From Alphaproteobacteria bacterium (GTDB lineage Bacteria > Pseudomonadota > Alphaproteobacteria > UBA2136 > JAPPOO01), in assembly GCA_028817875.1 (NCBI GenBank), contig JAPPOO010000072.1, positions 1 through 54,912 of the forward strand: a DNA stretch of 54,912 nucleotides, given 5' to 3'. Under the pieces are notes generated by a model. It made no database searches and was not told where the DNA came from. It was given only the letters and a program-made list of their open reading frames with translations. This document shows positions 28,183 through 38,702 of this stretch, one piece after another (the stretch's first letter is position 1; each line of letters opens with the position of its first letter). Made by a program: the position numbers and the translations under genes.

Positions 28183-30192
28183 ATGTTGAATATCACCCTA
28201 CCGGACGGTAGCGTGCGTGCGTACGATTCAGCGGTATCAGGTTATGATCTGGCTGCTGATATTGGCCCGGGCTTAGCAAAAGCAGCCTTGGCTATGGTTG
28301 TAGATGGAAAAGAAAAAGATCTTTCTGAGACGATTACGACGACGAGCACGGTTACATTTCTAACGGCAAAGGATGAAGCTGGCCTAGACGTTATGCGTCA
28401 CACCATTACAGCGCAAACTTTGGCTCGTGCTATTAAGGAGCTTTACCCTTCCGCAAAGCTAGCAATTGGCCCAACTGTAGAACACGGCTTCTACTATGAT
28501 ATTGATTTTGCAGAGCCCCTTTCTTCTGATGACCTTCCTAAAATCGAGAAACGAATGAAGGAAATCATCAAAGAAAATAACCCTGTACAACGGGAACTTT
28601 GGGAACCTGAAAAGGTTAAGAAATACTTTACCGATAAAGGTGAAACCTACAAAGTAGAGCTGGTTGAAGGTGCCATTGAAAAAGGCGAACTTATTGATGG
28701 AAAATTCTTATCTGTCTGGCGTCAAACTATTGAAGGAAAAGACGATTTTGTTGACCTCTGCCGCGGCCCTCACGCTGTGAGAACAGGGCAACTTATCGCA
28801 GAAGGCTTTACGCTAACAAACCTTGCTGGTGCCTACTGGCGCGGAGACAGCAATAACACCCAACTTACCCGTATTTACGGCGTTGCTTTTGCAGATAAAA
28901 AAGACCTTAAACAGCACCTTTTCATGCTGGAAGAGGCTAAAAAACGTGACCACCGTAAACTAGGTGCAGAGTTGGATTTATTCCACTTTTCTGACCGCGC
29001 ACCGGGGCAAGTCTTTTGGCACAACAAAGGTTGGACGGTTTACTTGGAGCTAATGGACTACATGCGCCGTAAAATCCATGCATTGGGATACACAGAAATT
29101 TGTACCCCTCAACTTATGGATTTAGAGTTTTGGCAATGGTCAGGCCACTGGGATAAATACCAAGAAAATATGTTTATTGCTAAGGAAGCTGATGATAGCG
29201 TTTATGCCCTTAAACCTATGAGCTGCCCTGGTGGTGTCCAAGTATTTAACCACGGCAATGTAAGCTATCGCGATCTTCCTATGCGCATGGCGGAATACGG
29301 CCATGTTTTCCGACGCGAAGCTAGTGGCGCCCGCCACGGCCTTATGCGCGTTCAAGCCTTTACACAAGACGATGCACACGTTTATTGCACGCCAGACCAG
29401 TTAGAAGATGAAGTCATCGCTATGTGCGACCTCATTGCGGAAACGTACAAGGAACTCGGCTTTGATAATGTTAAAGTGAAGTTTTCTACCCGCCCTGAAA
29501 TGCGTATTGGAAGCGAAGAGGATTGGGACAGCGCTGAAAAAGCCCTACAGAATGTATGTGACCGCCTAAGCCTACCATGGGAACTGAATGCTGGTGATGG
29601 AGCATTCTACGCACCCAAGCTAGATTTTGTACTAACTGACGCCATTGGAAGAGAATGGCAATGCGGAACCGTACAGGTAGACATGAACCTGCCCACGCGC
29701 TTGAAAATGGAATACGACGCACCAGATGGGACAAAACAACGCCCACATATGATTCATAGAGCGATTCTTGGCTCCATAGAGCGCTTTATGGGCGTCATGA
29801 TTGAACACCATGCAGGTCGGCTACCAACGTGGCTCTCTCCAACTCAAGTGATGGTCGTACCAATTACGGATAAGCACATCGATTACGCCAACAAAGTACG
29901 TGAGGCACTGTTTAATGCGGATGTCCGTACAGCTACAGGCGGCTTCCGTGTTGATGTTGACACATCATCCGAGCGTATGCAGAAGAAAATCCTTCTTGCC
30001 CAGCAGAAGAAAATTCCATACATGCTGGTTGTCGGAGATAAAGAAGCTGAAACAAACACCGCCGCCGTTCGACTAAGAAACGGAAAAGACCTTGGCGCTA
30101 TGAGCTTGGAAAGTATTATCCAACGCTTAAAGCAAGAGGTTGAAACACGGCAAGACTCTGCTGATGCAGCTCATACGGCCGCTGCAGCATAA
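28183..30192 (+). CDS. thrS: Threonine--tRNA ligase
   Basis: TGS domain, second additional domain, class II core and anticodon-binding domain are all present. Zn-site residues (KPMSCPG) and motif 2/3 are present. Confidence 0.95.
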   Translation: MLNITLPDGSVRAYDSAVSGYDLAADIGPGLAKAALAMVVDGKEKDLSETITTTSTVTFLTAKDEAGLDVMRHTITAQTLARAIKELYPSAKLAIGPTVEHGFYYDIDFAEPLSSDDLPKIEKRMKEIIKENNPVQRELWEPEKVKKYFTDKGETYKVELVEGAIEKGELIDGKFLSVWRQTIEGKDDFVDLCRGPHAVRTGQLIAEGFTLTNLAGAYWRGDSNNTQLTRIYGVAFADKKDLKQHLFMLEEAKKRDHRKLGAELDLFHFSDRAPGQVFWHNKGWTVYLELMDYMRRKIHALGYTEICTPQLMDLEFWQWSGHWDKYQENMFIAKEADDSVYALKPMSCPGGVQVFNHGNVSYRDLPMRMAEYGHVFRREASGARHGLMRVQAFTQDDAHVYCTPDQLEDEVIAMCDLIAETYKELGFDNVKVKFSTRPEMRIGSEEDWDSAEKALQNVCDRLSLPWELNAGDGAFYAPKLDFVLTDAIGREWQCGTVQVDMNLPTRLKMEYDAPDGTKQRPHMIHRAILGSIERFMGVMIEHHAGRLPTWLSPTQVMVVPITDKHIDYANKVREALFNADVRTATGGFRVDVDTSSERMQKKILLAQQKKIPYMLVVGDKEAETNTAAVRLRNGKDLGAMSLESIIQRLKQEVETRQDSADAAHTAAAA

Positions 30193-31300
30193 CTTGCCTA
30201 ACTGGCAAACCATCACTGCTATACTTGTTATTATATGCGCAGGTATAGCAGTATGGTCTTTGCCCAAATGGACGTGGGACATGCTGCCCTACAGTTTTTT
30301 GGCAGCCCAAGCTACAGGTAGCGATATTACTGAAGCCCATCAATATGCCTACACTGCAATCGCCCATTTACCAAAAGAGGCTCAAACAACCCTATTAGCA
30401 GGAAATACTTATAACAAAACACTCTCAAACTCTCCCGCAGCCATGGCGGAAACATCCACCTTTTACAGCCAGCGAGTGGGCTTTATAGATTTACTTGCCG
30501 TAACTACATACTTTAAAATCCCTCCTTTCAAAGCATTCCAATTGATTAACCTGATTGCAACCCTCCTCACAGGGCTAGTTTTATGGCGCTGGCTTCAAAA
30601 GATATTCTCTGCCCAGTGGGTACCCACAATTCTTTTCTGCATACTCGCCCTGATAGTCACCCTTCGCTTTGGCCGTACACCCACACCTGACCACCTTATG
30701 GGTGCTTTTTTACTGGCAGGTACGTACCTCACGTTATACCGCAATCCTTACCTGGGCATTGCAAGTTGGTTAGGTAGCACTCTTCTAAGACCTCAAGTTA
30801 TTATTTTTCTTTTTCCCTATGGAATCTGGCTATTATGGAAGCTTCTTAAAGAAAAAGATTTATATTTTTTCAAGCAAGCAGCTGTACTTTTACTGGTAGG
30901 TATAGCCGCTATTATTATCCATTTCTCTTTCCCACACCCTGGCCTTGCAACCTTACAAAGCCACGCATGGGGAGAACTTAACCCCTTCCCACTCAGCCAA
31001 CCTGTTACTTTTAATTGGCAAAATTACTGCAATCTCATAACTGAGCGTTTTTTTAATATTCATGGTCGGGAATTTTTTATGCTGGCTTGCATCTCTTTAT
31101 TTGGTGGATACGCAGCAATTTTAGGTACAGGCATCATACGCCTGTTATCCTTATCCACTCTTGCTTTTTTAACCATACAATACCTTATGTTTCCGGCACT
31201 TTGGCCACGGCTTGTTATAGCACCAACCCTTATACTTTTCATGCTGGCAGGAACCGCTAAAGCAACGCTCTATAAGGAAACGCTTGCCAAACAAGCATAA
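30140..31300 (+). CDS. Polytopic membrane protein, hypothetical (up to 386 aa)
   Basis: About 9-10 hydrophobic helices. The start is uncertain: ATG 30140 or 30164 would overlap the thrS 3' end, while TTG 30194 falls just after the thrS stop. Confidence 0.6.
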   Translation: MKHGKTLLMQLIRPLQHNLPNWQTITAILVIICAGIAVWSLPKWTWDMLPYSFLAAQATGSDITEAHQYAYTAIAHLPKEAQTTLLAGNTYNKTLSNSPAAMAETSTFYSQRVGFIDLLAVTTYFKIPPFKAFQLINLIATLLTGLVLWRWLQKIFSAQWVPTILFCILALIVTLRFGRTPTPDHLMGAFLLAGTYLTLYRNPYLGIASWLGSTLLRPQVIIFLFPYGIWLLWKLLKEKDLYFFKQAAVLLLVGIAAIIIHFSFPHPGLATLQSHAWGELNPFPLSQPVTFNWQNYCNLITERFFNIHGREFFMLACISLFGGYAAILGTGIIRLLSLSTLAFLTIQYLMFPALWPRLVIAPTLILFMLAGTAKATLYKETLAKQA

Positions 31301-31376
31301 TAATTGGCATGATGCCTCCCACGGCATGAAATGCCCTAAAAATGTGCAGATAAAACAAACATAAAGGATATATACT

Positions 31377-31982
31377 ATCGGTCGATTTAAAGGTGTTCCG
31401 GATAGGAACAAAAGAGACTCTCACCGCGTTAACGGTGCCATCACAGTAGATACAGTCAGAGTCATTGACGATCAGGGCAATCAGCTCGGCGTTTTAAAAA
31501 CAAGAGACGCCATTAACAAAGCGCGTGAAGTGAATTTGGATTTGGTAGAAGTCTCTCCCAATGCCTCCCCACCCGTTTGCAAAATTTTAGATTATGGTAA
31601 ATTTAAGTTTCAGGAGCAAAAGCGCGCCTCTGAAGCTAAAAAGAAACAACAGGTCGTCACCGTTAAAGAACTCCCTGTTCGCCCAAGAACTGAAGAGCAT
31701 GACTACCAAATTAAACTACGTAAAGCACGGGAGTTTTTGGAAGCAGGCCATAAAGTTAAATTTAACCTCCGTTTTAAAGGGCGTGAAGTGAGCCACCATG
31801 ATATTGGTAAAGCCATGCTTGACCGCATTAGAGAAGACCTTAGCCCCATCACACGGGTAGATTTTCAATCTGGTTTAGAAGGCCGTTTTATGAGCCTTAT
31901 CGTATCACCGGATAAAAAGAAAATGGAAGCTGTTGCCAAGGCCGAAAAGGAAGCAACAGTAGAAGAAACCAGTGAAGAGTAA
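31377..31982 (+). CDS. infC: Translation initiation factor IF-3, non-AUG start
   Basis: The IF-3 N-domain (RVNGAITVDTVRVIDDQGNQLGVL) is encoded in frame upstream of the first canonical start in this frame (GTG 31530, where the ORF track begins). The frame opens after the TAA at 31362-64. The only start candidates are ATC 31377 and ATA 31368, after AAAGGA. Confidence 0.85.
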   Translation: MGRFKGVPDRNKRDSHRVNGAITVDTVRVIDDQGNQLGVLKTRDAINKAREVNLDLVEVSPNASPPVCKILDYGKFKFQEQKRASEAKKKQQVVTVKELPVRPRTEEHDYQIKLRKAREFLEAGHKVKFNLRFKGREVSHHDIGKAMLDRIREDLSPITRVDFQSGLEGRFMSLIVSPDKKKMEAVAKAEKEATVEETSEE

Positions 31983-32005
31983 TTTTTTCACTTTTTTGAT
32001 TCAAA

Positions 32006-32029
32006 GGGACATCTAAATGTCCCTTTTTT
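32006..32029 (+). terminator. Intrinsic terminator after infC
   Basis: GGGACAT-CTAA-ATGTCCC followed by TTTTTT. Confidence 0.75.
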
Positions 32030-32133
32030 AGCAACATATTCGCCACATTACCTCTAAAAAACCCTTTTTTTACCCTTTATTTTACACGTCAAATAATTGA
32101 TTTATGCCCCATAACCGTCAATAATAAACCCAC

Positions 32134-33072
32134 ATGAATAAGAACGTATTTCTTGCCACTCTGTTTTCAGTTTCTGCCGCTTTTCCGGCACATGCAGGCA
32201 TGTTTGAGTGGGTAGATAGCATGTTCACCTTCCGTGAAGATCAAAAAGAACGCGTTATGCCGCGCCGTTCCCTACCACCTAAAGAAATTGTTGTTCCATA
32301 TACCGATAATTACCAACAGCACCAAGCCCAATACTACACACGTGGAGACTTGGCACCTGTAGACTACTTACACGGCTCTGCCAGCAAGGTTGTACGCCCT
32401 AACACACGCCCGCCATCTCAGCGCGTAGCTTACAGTAATGTACCAACAAGCTACCAAGCCATTGCACGGCGTGACCGCCAAAACCAGACAATGGAACGTG
32501 TTGGCACACGTATTTATGTTGGCGAACCTGGTATTGGCCCTGATTATGGAGATGACCGTACTTCTCCTCAGCATCAACGCGCAAAAATTGGCCGCCCAAC
32601 AACGGACTGGCGCGCAACACCTAACGAAATGGGACTCGTACCACGTGAAGGTGACTATGATTACGAAAATCGGCCACAGCCCCGCGTGGCTAAAGTAACG
32701 CGCCCAGAAACAGCGAAGCACAGCCCTTGGGGACGCAACCAAGACGATTTGCAAAAGTTCCCTTCTCTCGCTGACGGTAAACGAACTCAAAACGGATACC
32801 ACCAATACAGCGACCAAAGGAAAGTTTCTGAGTACGAAGTGCAACGCGGAGATACCTTATCTGGTATTTCTGATAAACCCCAAGTGTACGGAGACTGGGC
32901 TATGTGGCCACTTATTTGGGATGCCAACCGCGGCACAGTAAAAGACCCTGATATGATTCACCCACGCCAAAAATTAGGTATTCCAAGAGATTACACAAAG
33001 AGTGATGCCCGCGCCGCCAAAAAACGTGCATGGGATAAAGGCAAAGAAATTTACCTAGACGACGGCCGTTAA
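32134..33072 (+). CDS. Secreted LysM-domain protein (312 aa)
   Basis: Signal peptide ending AHA. The C-terminal LysM domain reads YEVQRGDTLSGIS...IHPRQKLGIP. The central region is low-complexity and rich in R, P and Q. Confidence 0.8.
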   Translation: MNKNVFLATLFSVSAAFPAHAGMFEWVDSMFTFREDQKERVMPRRSLPPKEIVVPYTDNYQQHQAQYYTRGDLAPVDYLHGSASKVVRPNTRPPSQRVAYSNVPTSYQAIARRDRQNQTMERVGTRIYVGEPGIGPDYGDDRTSPQHQRAKIGRPTTDWRATPNEMGLVPREGDYDYENRPQPRVAKVTRPETAKHSPWGRNQDDLQKFPSLADGKRTQNGYHQYSDQRKVSEYEVQRGDTLSGISDKPQVYGDWAMWPLIWDANRGTVKDPDMIHPRQKLGIPRDYTKSDARAAKKRAWDKGKEIYLDDGR

Positions 33073-33093
33073 TCTATTCTTCCAAAAAATTTT

Positions 33094-33122
33094 GCCTCTC
33101 CCAATAATTCTTTGGGAGAGGC
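33094..33122. terminator. Bidirectional hairpin between convergent genes
   Basis: An 11-bp stem GCCTCTCCCAA/TTGGGAGAGGC with a 7-nt loop, and T/A runs on both sides. Confidence 0.6.
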
Positions 33123-33145
33123 TTTCGAAAAAATTTTATCCGTAC

Positions 33146-33337
33146 CTATTTATGGCAAGGTAATTTAACGTTGCTATAGATAGGCCGTTTTGGGCAATTG
33201 CTGTTATTTTGAACTAGTACAGGAGAATCAGCTATCTTCTCCACGGCACTAATAAGAGTCATAGTGCTACTACATCCTGATAAAAGAATTGCCACAAACA
33301 AACAAAATGTCAAAATTGCAGTGGTACGCATACTCAT
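33146..33337 (-). CDS. Small lipoprotein, hypothetical (63 aa)
   Basis: GGAGGG-N8-ATG at 33337. Lipobox LLSGC. Confidence 0.5.
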   Translation of the reverse strand: MSMRTTAILTFCLFVAILLSGCSSTMTLISAVEKIADSPVLVQNNSNCPKRPIYSNVKLPCHK

Positions 33338-33356
33338 AGACTTTACCCTCCACAGG

Positions 33357-33417
33357 TAAAAAGGCTGTTTTATAAAACAATCAAGATGAGGCCAACCAGC
33401 CCATCTTAAAAAACAGC
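33357..33417 (-). terminator. Compound terminator after pyrG
   Basis: An outer stem GGCTGTTTT/AAAACAGCC encloses the inner hairpin AAGATG/CATCTT. TTTTTA follows on the minus strand. Confidence 0.55.
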
Positions 33418-33480
33418 CGGTTTCAGACACTCCTGATATAGGCCCTAAAAAGCCTTTTACAAGGTAAGGACGTATATTTT

Positions 33481-35154
33481 TTAGGCAGCCTTTGGCTGAG
33501 CTTTTTCCGCTTGGTGTTGAATAGAAGCTTCCACAAATTTGGCAAATAATGGATGCGCCTTATGCGGTTGGCTCTTAAATTCAGGGTGGAATTGCACGGC
33601 CACAAACCAAGGATGATCTTTAATTTCAACAATTTCCACCAAAGTTCCGTCTGGCGATAACCCACTAAATGTCAGGCCTGCATCACTCAATTGGTCGCGG
33701 TACGTGTTATTAAATTCATAGCGGTGACGATGGCGCTCAGAAATATTCTCTTGCTCATAAGCTTCCCGCGCCAAATAGCCTTCCTTTAACGTACATGGGT
33801 AAGCTCCTAAACGCATAGTTCCGCCTAGGTCCGTTGTTTCGTCCCGTACTTCGCTTCCCTTTTCTGTTTGCCATTCTGTCATAAGCCCAATAATAGGGTG
33901 AGCAGGCACACCAAAGTCTTCATTAAATTCAGTACTACCAGCACCTTCCAGCCCTGCTACATGCCGTGCAAATTCAACACAAGCAAGCTGCATCCCCATA
34001 CAAATACCAAAGTAAGGAATTTTATGCTCGCGGGCATATTTAACCGCTTTAATCTTACCTTCTGTTCCTCTAGAACCAAACGCTCCAGGCACTAAAATAC
34101 CGCCTGTTCCTTCAAAACGGAGAGCAATTTCCTCATCCGTATAGTTTTCCAACGCTTCAGAGTCAACAAAATCTATCTCAACCCCCGTACGGTGTGCCAA
34201 CCCACCATGAACAAGTGATTCATTAAGCGATTTATACGCATCTCCCAACTGAACATACTTCCCAACCACACTAATACGCACAGTTTGAGGCGGATTTACG
34301 TAAGTATCTCCCACTTCTTTCCAGTTCGTTAAGTCAGGCTGCGGTGCCTCTAATTTAAAATGACTTAAAACAGCTTCATCCAACCCATGTTCGTGCAAAT
34401 TAACAGGAACACGGTAAATTGAATCAGAATCAGGGCAGGATATAACGCACTTCTCATCTAACCCTGTAAACATTGCTATTTTACGGCGCTCATTCTCAGG
34501 TAAATCATCATCTGAGCGAACCACAACAATATCTGCCCTTAACCCGCGCTGAAGCAGTGTTTGCACAGCATGTTGCGTTGGCTTTGTTTTAACTTCTCCA
34601 ACACATTTAATATACGGCGCATAGGTTAAGTGCATAAACAAACAGTTTTTCCACCCTTCTTCCATAGCAAATTGGCGAATCCCCTCAATAAACGCGTCAG
34701 ATTCAATATCTCCAACCGTACCGCCAATTTCTACTAATGCAAAATCAGCTTTACCTTCATGCTGGCGAATACAGTCTTTAATTTCGTTTGTCACATGCGG
34801 TACAACCTGAACCGTTGCTCCCAAATAATCCCCACGGCGTTCCTTACTTAAAATTTTCTGGTAAATCTGACCTGTCGTATAGTTTGTATGTTCGTCCCCT
34901 TGAACACCTGTAAAACGCTCGTAATGTCCAAGGTCTAAATCCGTTTCCGTCCCATCATCCGTTACATAAACTTCCCCGTGCTGAAAAGGAGACATCGTAC
35001 CGGGGTCAACATTCAAGTAAGGGTCTAATTTCTGGAGCGTTACGCTAAAACCTCGCGCCTGAAGCACTGCTGCTAAACTTGCTGCTGTAAGCCCTTTTCC
35101 AAGGCTGCTCATAACTCCACCAGTTACAAAAATATAACGTGTCTGCGTTGTCAT
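33481..35154 (-). CDS. pyrG: CTP synthase
   Basis: N-terminal [15 protein letters not shown] and the GATase domain (GICMGMQ, HRHRYE). The ATG at 35154 is preferred because GGAAAGGGGA-N6 precedes it. Confidence 0.95.
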   Translation of the reverse strand: MTTQTRYIFVTGGVMSSLGKGLTAASLAAVLQARGFSVTLQKLDPYLNVDPGTMSPFQHGEVYVTDDGTETDLDLGHYERFTGVQGDEHTNYTTGQIYQKILSKERRGDYLGATVQVVPHVTNEIKDCIRQHEGKADFALVEIGGTVGDIESDAFIEGIRQFAMEEGWKNCLFMHLTYAPYIKCVGEVKTKPTQHAVQTLLQRGLRADIVVVRSDDDLPENERRKIAMFTGLDEKCVISCPDSDSIYRVPVNLHEHGLDEAVLSHFKLEAPQPDLTNWKEVGDTYVNPPQTVRISVVGKYVQLGDAYKSLNESLVHGGLAHRTGVEIDFVDSEALENYTDEEIALRFEGTGGILVPGAFGSRGTEGKIKAVKYAREHKIPYFGICMGMQLACVEFARHVAGLEGAGSTEFNEDFGVPAHPIIGLMTEWQTEKGSEVRDETTDLGGTMRLGAYPCTLKEGYLAREAYEQENISERHRHRYEFNNTYRDQLSDAGLTFSGLSPDGTLVEIVEIKDHPWFVAVQFHPEFKSQPHKAHPLFAKFVEASIQHQAEKAQPKAA

Positions 35155-35265
35155 ACGCACTCCCCTTTCCTTACCTAGTTAAATATTAGTGTGGATAACT
35201 CATTCCACAAAGCGACACGCCCCCCTGCGGTTTGCGAGGGGGGCGTGTACAAATTATTCATATGC

Positions 35266-35601
35266 TTACTGTGGTACCTCTGGTGTTGGTACTGGCACAG
35301 GTATTGGTGTTTCAGTCGCCTCAGGTTTTTCTATTGCAGGAACTTCAACACTCTTATCAAAAACGCTCCCGCTTTTGCCTTGCCCTGTACTCATAACAGC
35401 CAATAGTAGGCTGCTACCCATAAACAAAATTGCCAAGTAAGTTGTTGTTTTTGCTAAAGGGTTACGAGTCACAGGCGCAGCACCCATGTTAGCACCACCC
35501 ATGATGCCACCACCGGATGTATCTTGCCGTTGAAGCAAAATAACCAAAACAAGCGCAACGGCCACAACCGCGTTCAACAAAAGAAGTAAATTTTGAATCA
35601 T
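35266..35601 (-). CDS. secG: Preprotein translocase subunit SecG with Pro/Glu-rich tail
   Basis: SecG signature LLQRQDTSGGGIMGG and two TM helices. The secG-pyrG order is conserved. Confidence 0.85.
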   Translation of the reverse strand: MIQNLLLLLNAVVAVALVLVILLQRQDTSGGGIMGGANMGAAPVTRNPLAKTTTYLAILFMGSSLLLAVMSTGQGKSGSVFDKSVEVPAIEKPEATETPIPVPVPTPEVPQ

Positions 35602-35805
35602 AATAACTGTATGCTCGTATCTCTTACCAAAAAACTATCTCGTCCTGTCTACACAATCAGAAGCAAAATAGCAACATCTTTCAATATTTGCTTTCGTTTG
35701 TATTTTTTGCCATTATGCCCAAACAAACAACAAAAGCTTTTATTGGTAAGGGGCTTTTAACAAGTTTAGAATAACTGGATTAATCAAAGGGATACTTTCA
35801 GGCAT

Positions 35806-37722
35806 ATGCTTAATACTTTTCGCCAACTAGGGGAAACATGGTTCATCAAATTCTTTCTCATCTTGCTTGCTCTCAGTTTTGTAGCTTGGGGTGTTGGGGA
35901 TTACATCAATGGTGGTGGCTATGGTGATGCCATTAAGGTTGGTAATACAAGTATCTCTCTTCAAAAAATAGAACGGGACTACAATAGCCAGCGCCAGATT
36001 ATTGAACGTAATGCAGGTGGTGTCGTCACAAATGAACAGCTTTTGCAGGTTGGCCTACCAACCCATTACCTAGCAGGTTTGCTACAACAAACAAGCCTTC
36101 TCAATAGCGCAGACGAGCTTGACTTGGCAGCTCCTGAAACAGCTCTTACTAAGCTCATTCAATCAAATGACCTCTTTCTCTCCAATGGTGCTTTTAATGT
36201 AGATACCTACAAAAGTACGCTAAGAACCATTGGCTATACACCAGAAGGCTACGAAAACGAACAACGTCGCCAGTTAGTACAACAACTCATGGCTCAGGCT
36301 TTTCAACCACCAAAGCTAGCTAAAAACCTGACGCAAGCAGAGCTGGAACGTACAAGAAAAACAATGGACATCACAGCACTGCGCCTAACAAAAGAAAGCC
36401 TACAACAGCTGCCAAAGCCTACAGAAGAACAACTTGCTGCGTTTTACCAACAAAACCAAGTACGTTACATGAACCCAACGGAGCGAAATGTTACCGTTCT
36501 GACATTGGATAGCGCAAACCTTGCCGATAGCATCACAATTACAGAGAAAGATATCAGCACGCACTATCAGGAGAATATAGACCTGTTTACAGCCCCTGAG
36601 CGCCGCACCGTGCGCCACATTCTACTGCAAACAGAAGAAGAAGCTCAAAGCCTTCAGCAACAGTTAAAAGACGGTGCAGACTTCACCCAGTTAGCACAAG
36701 AACATAGTTTGGATAAAGCTTCAGCAACTAAAGGTGGTGACCTAGGCACACTTACTCAGGCGGATACATTCCCACAACTGGCTAAAACAATCTTTAGTTT
36801 GGAAGAAAATCAAATCAGTGACGCAACAGAATCGCCACTTGGTTACCACATTCTACAAGTTACAAGCGTGCAAAAATCTGAACCAAGCTCGCTAGAAAGC
36901 GTAAAAGACCACGTAAAGCAACAACTACAAGAAGCCCAAGCTCAGGAACAATACTTTGATACGCTTGAAAACATTGAAGACCTGCTAGCAGGTGGCCAAA
37001 CTTTGGAAGAAGTCGCGGAAGAACTAAATCTTTCACTAAACCAATACGAAACATTTACAGACAACAACACTTACGACCTGCCTACCACGTTGCAGCAAGC
37101 TATATTACAGCAACCCCAAGGGGAAACCAGCAACGCCATCACCTTAGAGACAACCAAAACAGCCTTCGTTACGGTTAATAACATCAAACCTGCATGGGTA
37201 AAACCACTGGAAGATGTACGTTCAACCGTTGAATCCGACTGGGTAAGCGCTGAAACTCAAAAAATACTAAGAGAAAAAGCCCGTATTGTTGCCGGTAATC
37301 TTAAAGGAATTGACTTAACGCAAGCGGCCCAAAAAGCAGAAGTGACAGGTAAAATTGAAACATTCCAAAATATTGCCCGCACAAATGGAAGCGACGACCT
37401 TACATGGTTTGAAAACCAAGCTCGTACAGCCCTTCTCCGCCAAGGTAGTTACGCGTATATTGTACAACAAGCCGCACAAGAAGAAGCTTTTTATGTTGTG
37501 CAACTCAATAAGGTGGAATTACCAAAACTGAGCGATGAAGAAATTAACACTAGCCAAACGGCACAAACCTTTACAGTCGGAGACGAACTCATCGGTGAAT
37601 ACCTAAATACACGCCTAGCTCAAAGCGATATTGACTACAACCTACCGCTTTTACAACGTGTATTTGGAGAAGGCTTCCAGCAAGCCCACTTCCCAACACC
37701 AACAACGGAGCAACGTTACTAA
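35806..37722 (+). CDS. ppiD: Periplasmic chaperone / PPIase PpiD-like (638 aa)
   Basis: N-terminal TM anchor, SurA-N-like region and a parvulin domain (RTVRHILL...GGDLG...GYHILQV). Confidence 0.8.
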   Translation: MLNTFRQLGETWFIKFFLILLALSFVAWGVGDYINGGGYGDAIKVGNTSISLQKIERDYNSQRQIIERNAGGVVTNEQLLQVGLPTHYLAGLLQQTSLLNSADELDLAAPETALTKLIQSNDLFLSNGAFNVDTYKSTLRTIGYTPEGYENEQRRQLVQQLMAQAFQPPKLAKNLTQAELERTRKTMDITALRLTKESLQQLPKPTEEQLAAFYQQNQVRYMNPTERNVTVLTLDSANLADSITITEKDISTHYQENIDLFTAPERRTVRHILLQTEEEAQSLQQQLKDGADFTQLAQEHSLDKASATKGGDLGTLTQADTFPQLAKTIFSLEENQISDATESPLGYHILQVTSVQKSEPSSLESVKDHVKQQLQEAQAQEQYFDTLENIEDLLAGGQTLEEVAEELNLSLNQYETFTDNNTYDLPTTLQQAILQQPQGETSNAITLETTKTAFVTVNNIKPAWVKPLEDVRSTVESDWVSAETQKILREKARIVAGNLKGIDLTQAAQKAEVTGKIETFQNIARTNGSDDLTWFENQARTALLRQGSYAYIVQQAAQEEAFYVVQLNKVELPKLSDEEINTSQTAQTFTVGDELIGEYLNTRLAQSDIDYNLPLLQRVFGEGFQQAHFPTPTTEQRY

Positions 37723-38042
37723 TGCGCGCTTTACTGCTTACTCTAGCGGCAACACTCTCAACCACAGCATGGGCAGATACATACACACTGCCCTACAAAA
37801 ACCAAAACAAGTGGGTAGGTAAGCAGGATAGCGATAGCCTAAAAAACCTTCTGGATGAATCCAAAACCAACAAAACAAAAACCTTTGAAGTCATTCTACC
37901 GGAAGAAAACAGAGAACTTTCCATTAAACGCCTTAAAGTATTGAGAGACATTCTCTCCAGAAGTATTGGTCACGGTATTCTTATAAAAGAAGTCACTGGC
38001 GAAGCCAAAGAAAATACGCTGGTCATTACCCCAAAAGACTAG
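37722..38042 (+). CDS. Small secreted protein, hypothetical (106 aa)
   Basis: Signal peptide MRALLLTLAATLSTTAWA. The start overlaps the ppiD stop as TAATG. Confidence 0.5.
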   Translation: MRALLLTLAATLSTTAWADTYTLPYKNQNKWVGKQDSDSLKNLLDESKTNKTKTFEVILPEENRELSIKRLKVLRDILSRSIGHGILIKEVTGEAKENTLVITPKD

Positions 38043-38053
38043 ATTAGAGGGAA

Positions 38054-38587
38054 CTACCCCTGCTCTTTCGCACGCTCAGGAAAACGCTCATCCATAAATT
38101 CAGAAATAAACGGATTACACATACCTTCTAACGGTGCTGTCGCAATTGCCTGAATAGGGTCTTCATAGGCCAAGTGGTACTTATTACATAACAAAGCTGC
38201 AATTTCACGGTACAACCCAACATGAGCCTTCAATTCGTCAGAAGCTGTCTCTTCTGTCATGTGCTCTGTCACAGTGATACCTGCCAATTGGCAAAATAGC
38301 TCAATATCTGTTTGAAATTTATCCAGCAACCGCTCAGCAGCTTCTTCCGTATCAATAAAAATATCGGCCATCGCAAGGTAATCGTTCTTCTTACGCAACG
38401 TCAGCGGCGTAATCCGCCCCATTACGTTGTGCAACCAACCTGCGCGGTAACCTTCCGCCAAACGGCGCAATGTTGGTAAATCCAAAAGCCAACGCTCTAC
38501 GGCACCGCAATCAACATCACACCCAGCTGAAAGCTGTACACAGCGTTCCGCCAGCGTTCTAGAAATCGCATCTGATGTCTGTGTCAT
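38054..38587 (-). CDS. Hypothetical cytoplasmic protein (177 aa)
   Basis: AAAGGAG-N8-ATG at 38587. No recognisable motifs. Downstream of the nfu-like gene on the same strand. Confidence 0.55.
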   Translation of the reverse strand: MTQTSDAISRTLAERCVQLSAGCDVDCGAVERWLLDLPTLRRLAEGYRAGWLHNVMGRITPLTLRKKNDYLAMADIFIDTEEAAERLLDKFQTDIELFCQLAGITVTEHMTEETASDELKAHVGLYREIAALLCNKYHLAYEDPIQAIATAPLEGMCNPFISEFMDERFPERAKEQG

Positions 38588-38702
38588 GGCTATGGCTCCT
38601 TTCATTACACATTACTACTGTGAAGTAAAAAAGAGCAAAAAACAAGCACCTAACTGTGCAATGCAGTATCCAAATAAATCAACATACTAGTCTAGAAAAA
38701 GG

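Noticed and set aside
35190-35198. Perfect DnaA-box 9-mer TGTGGATAA between secG and pyrG
   Set aside because: It is a single isolated box. There is no cluster, no AT-rich unwinding element and no dnaA, dnaN or other origin-linked gene context.
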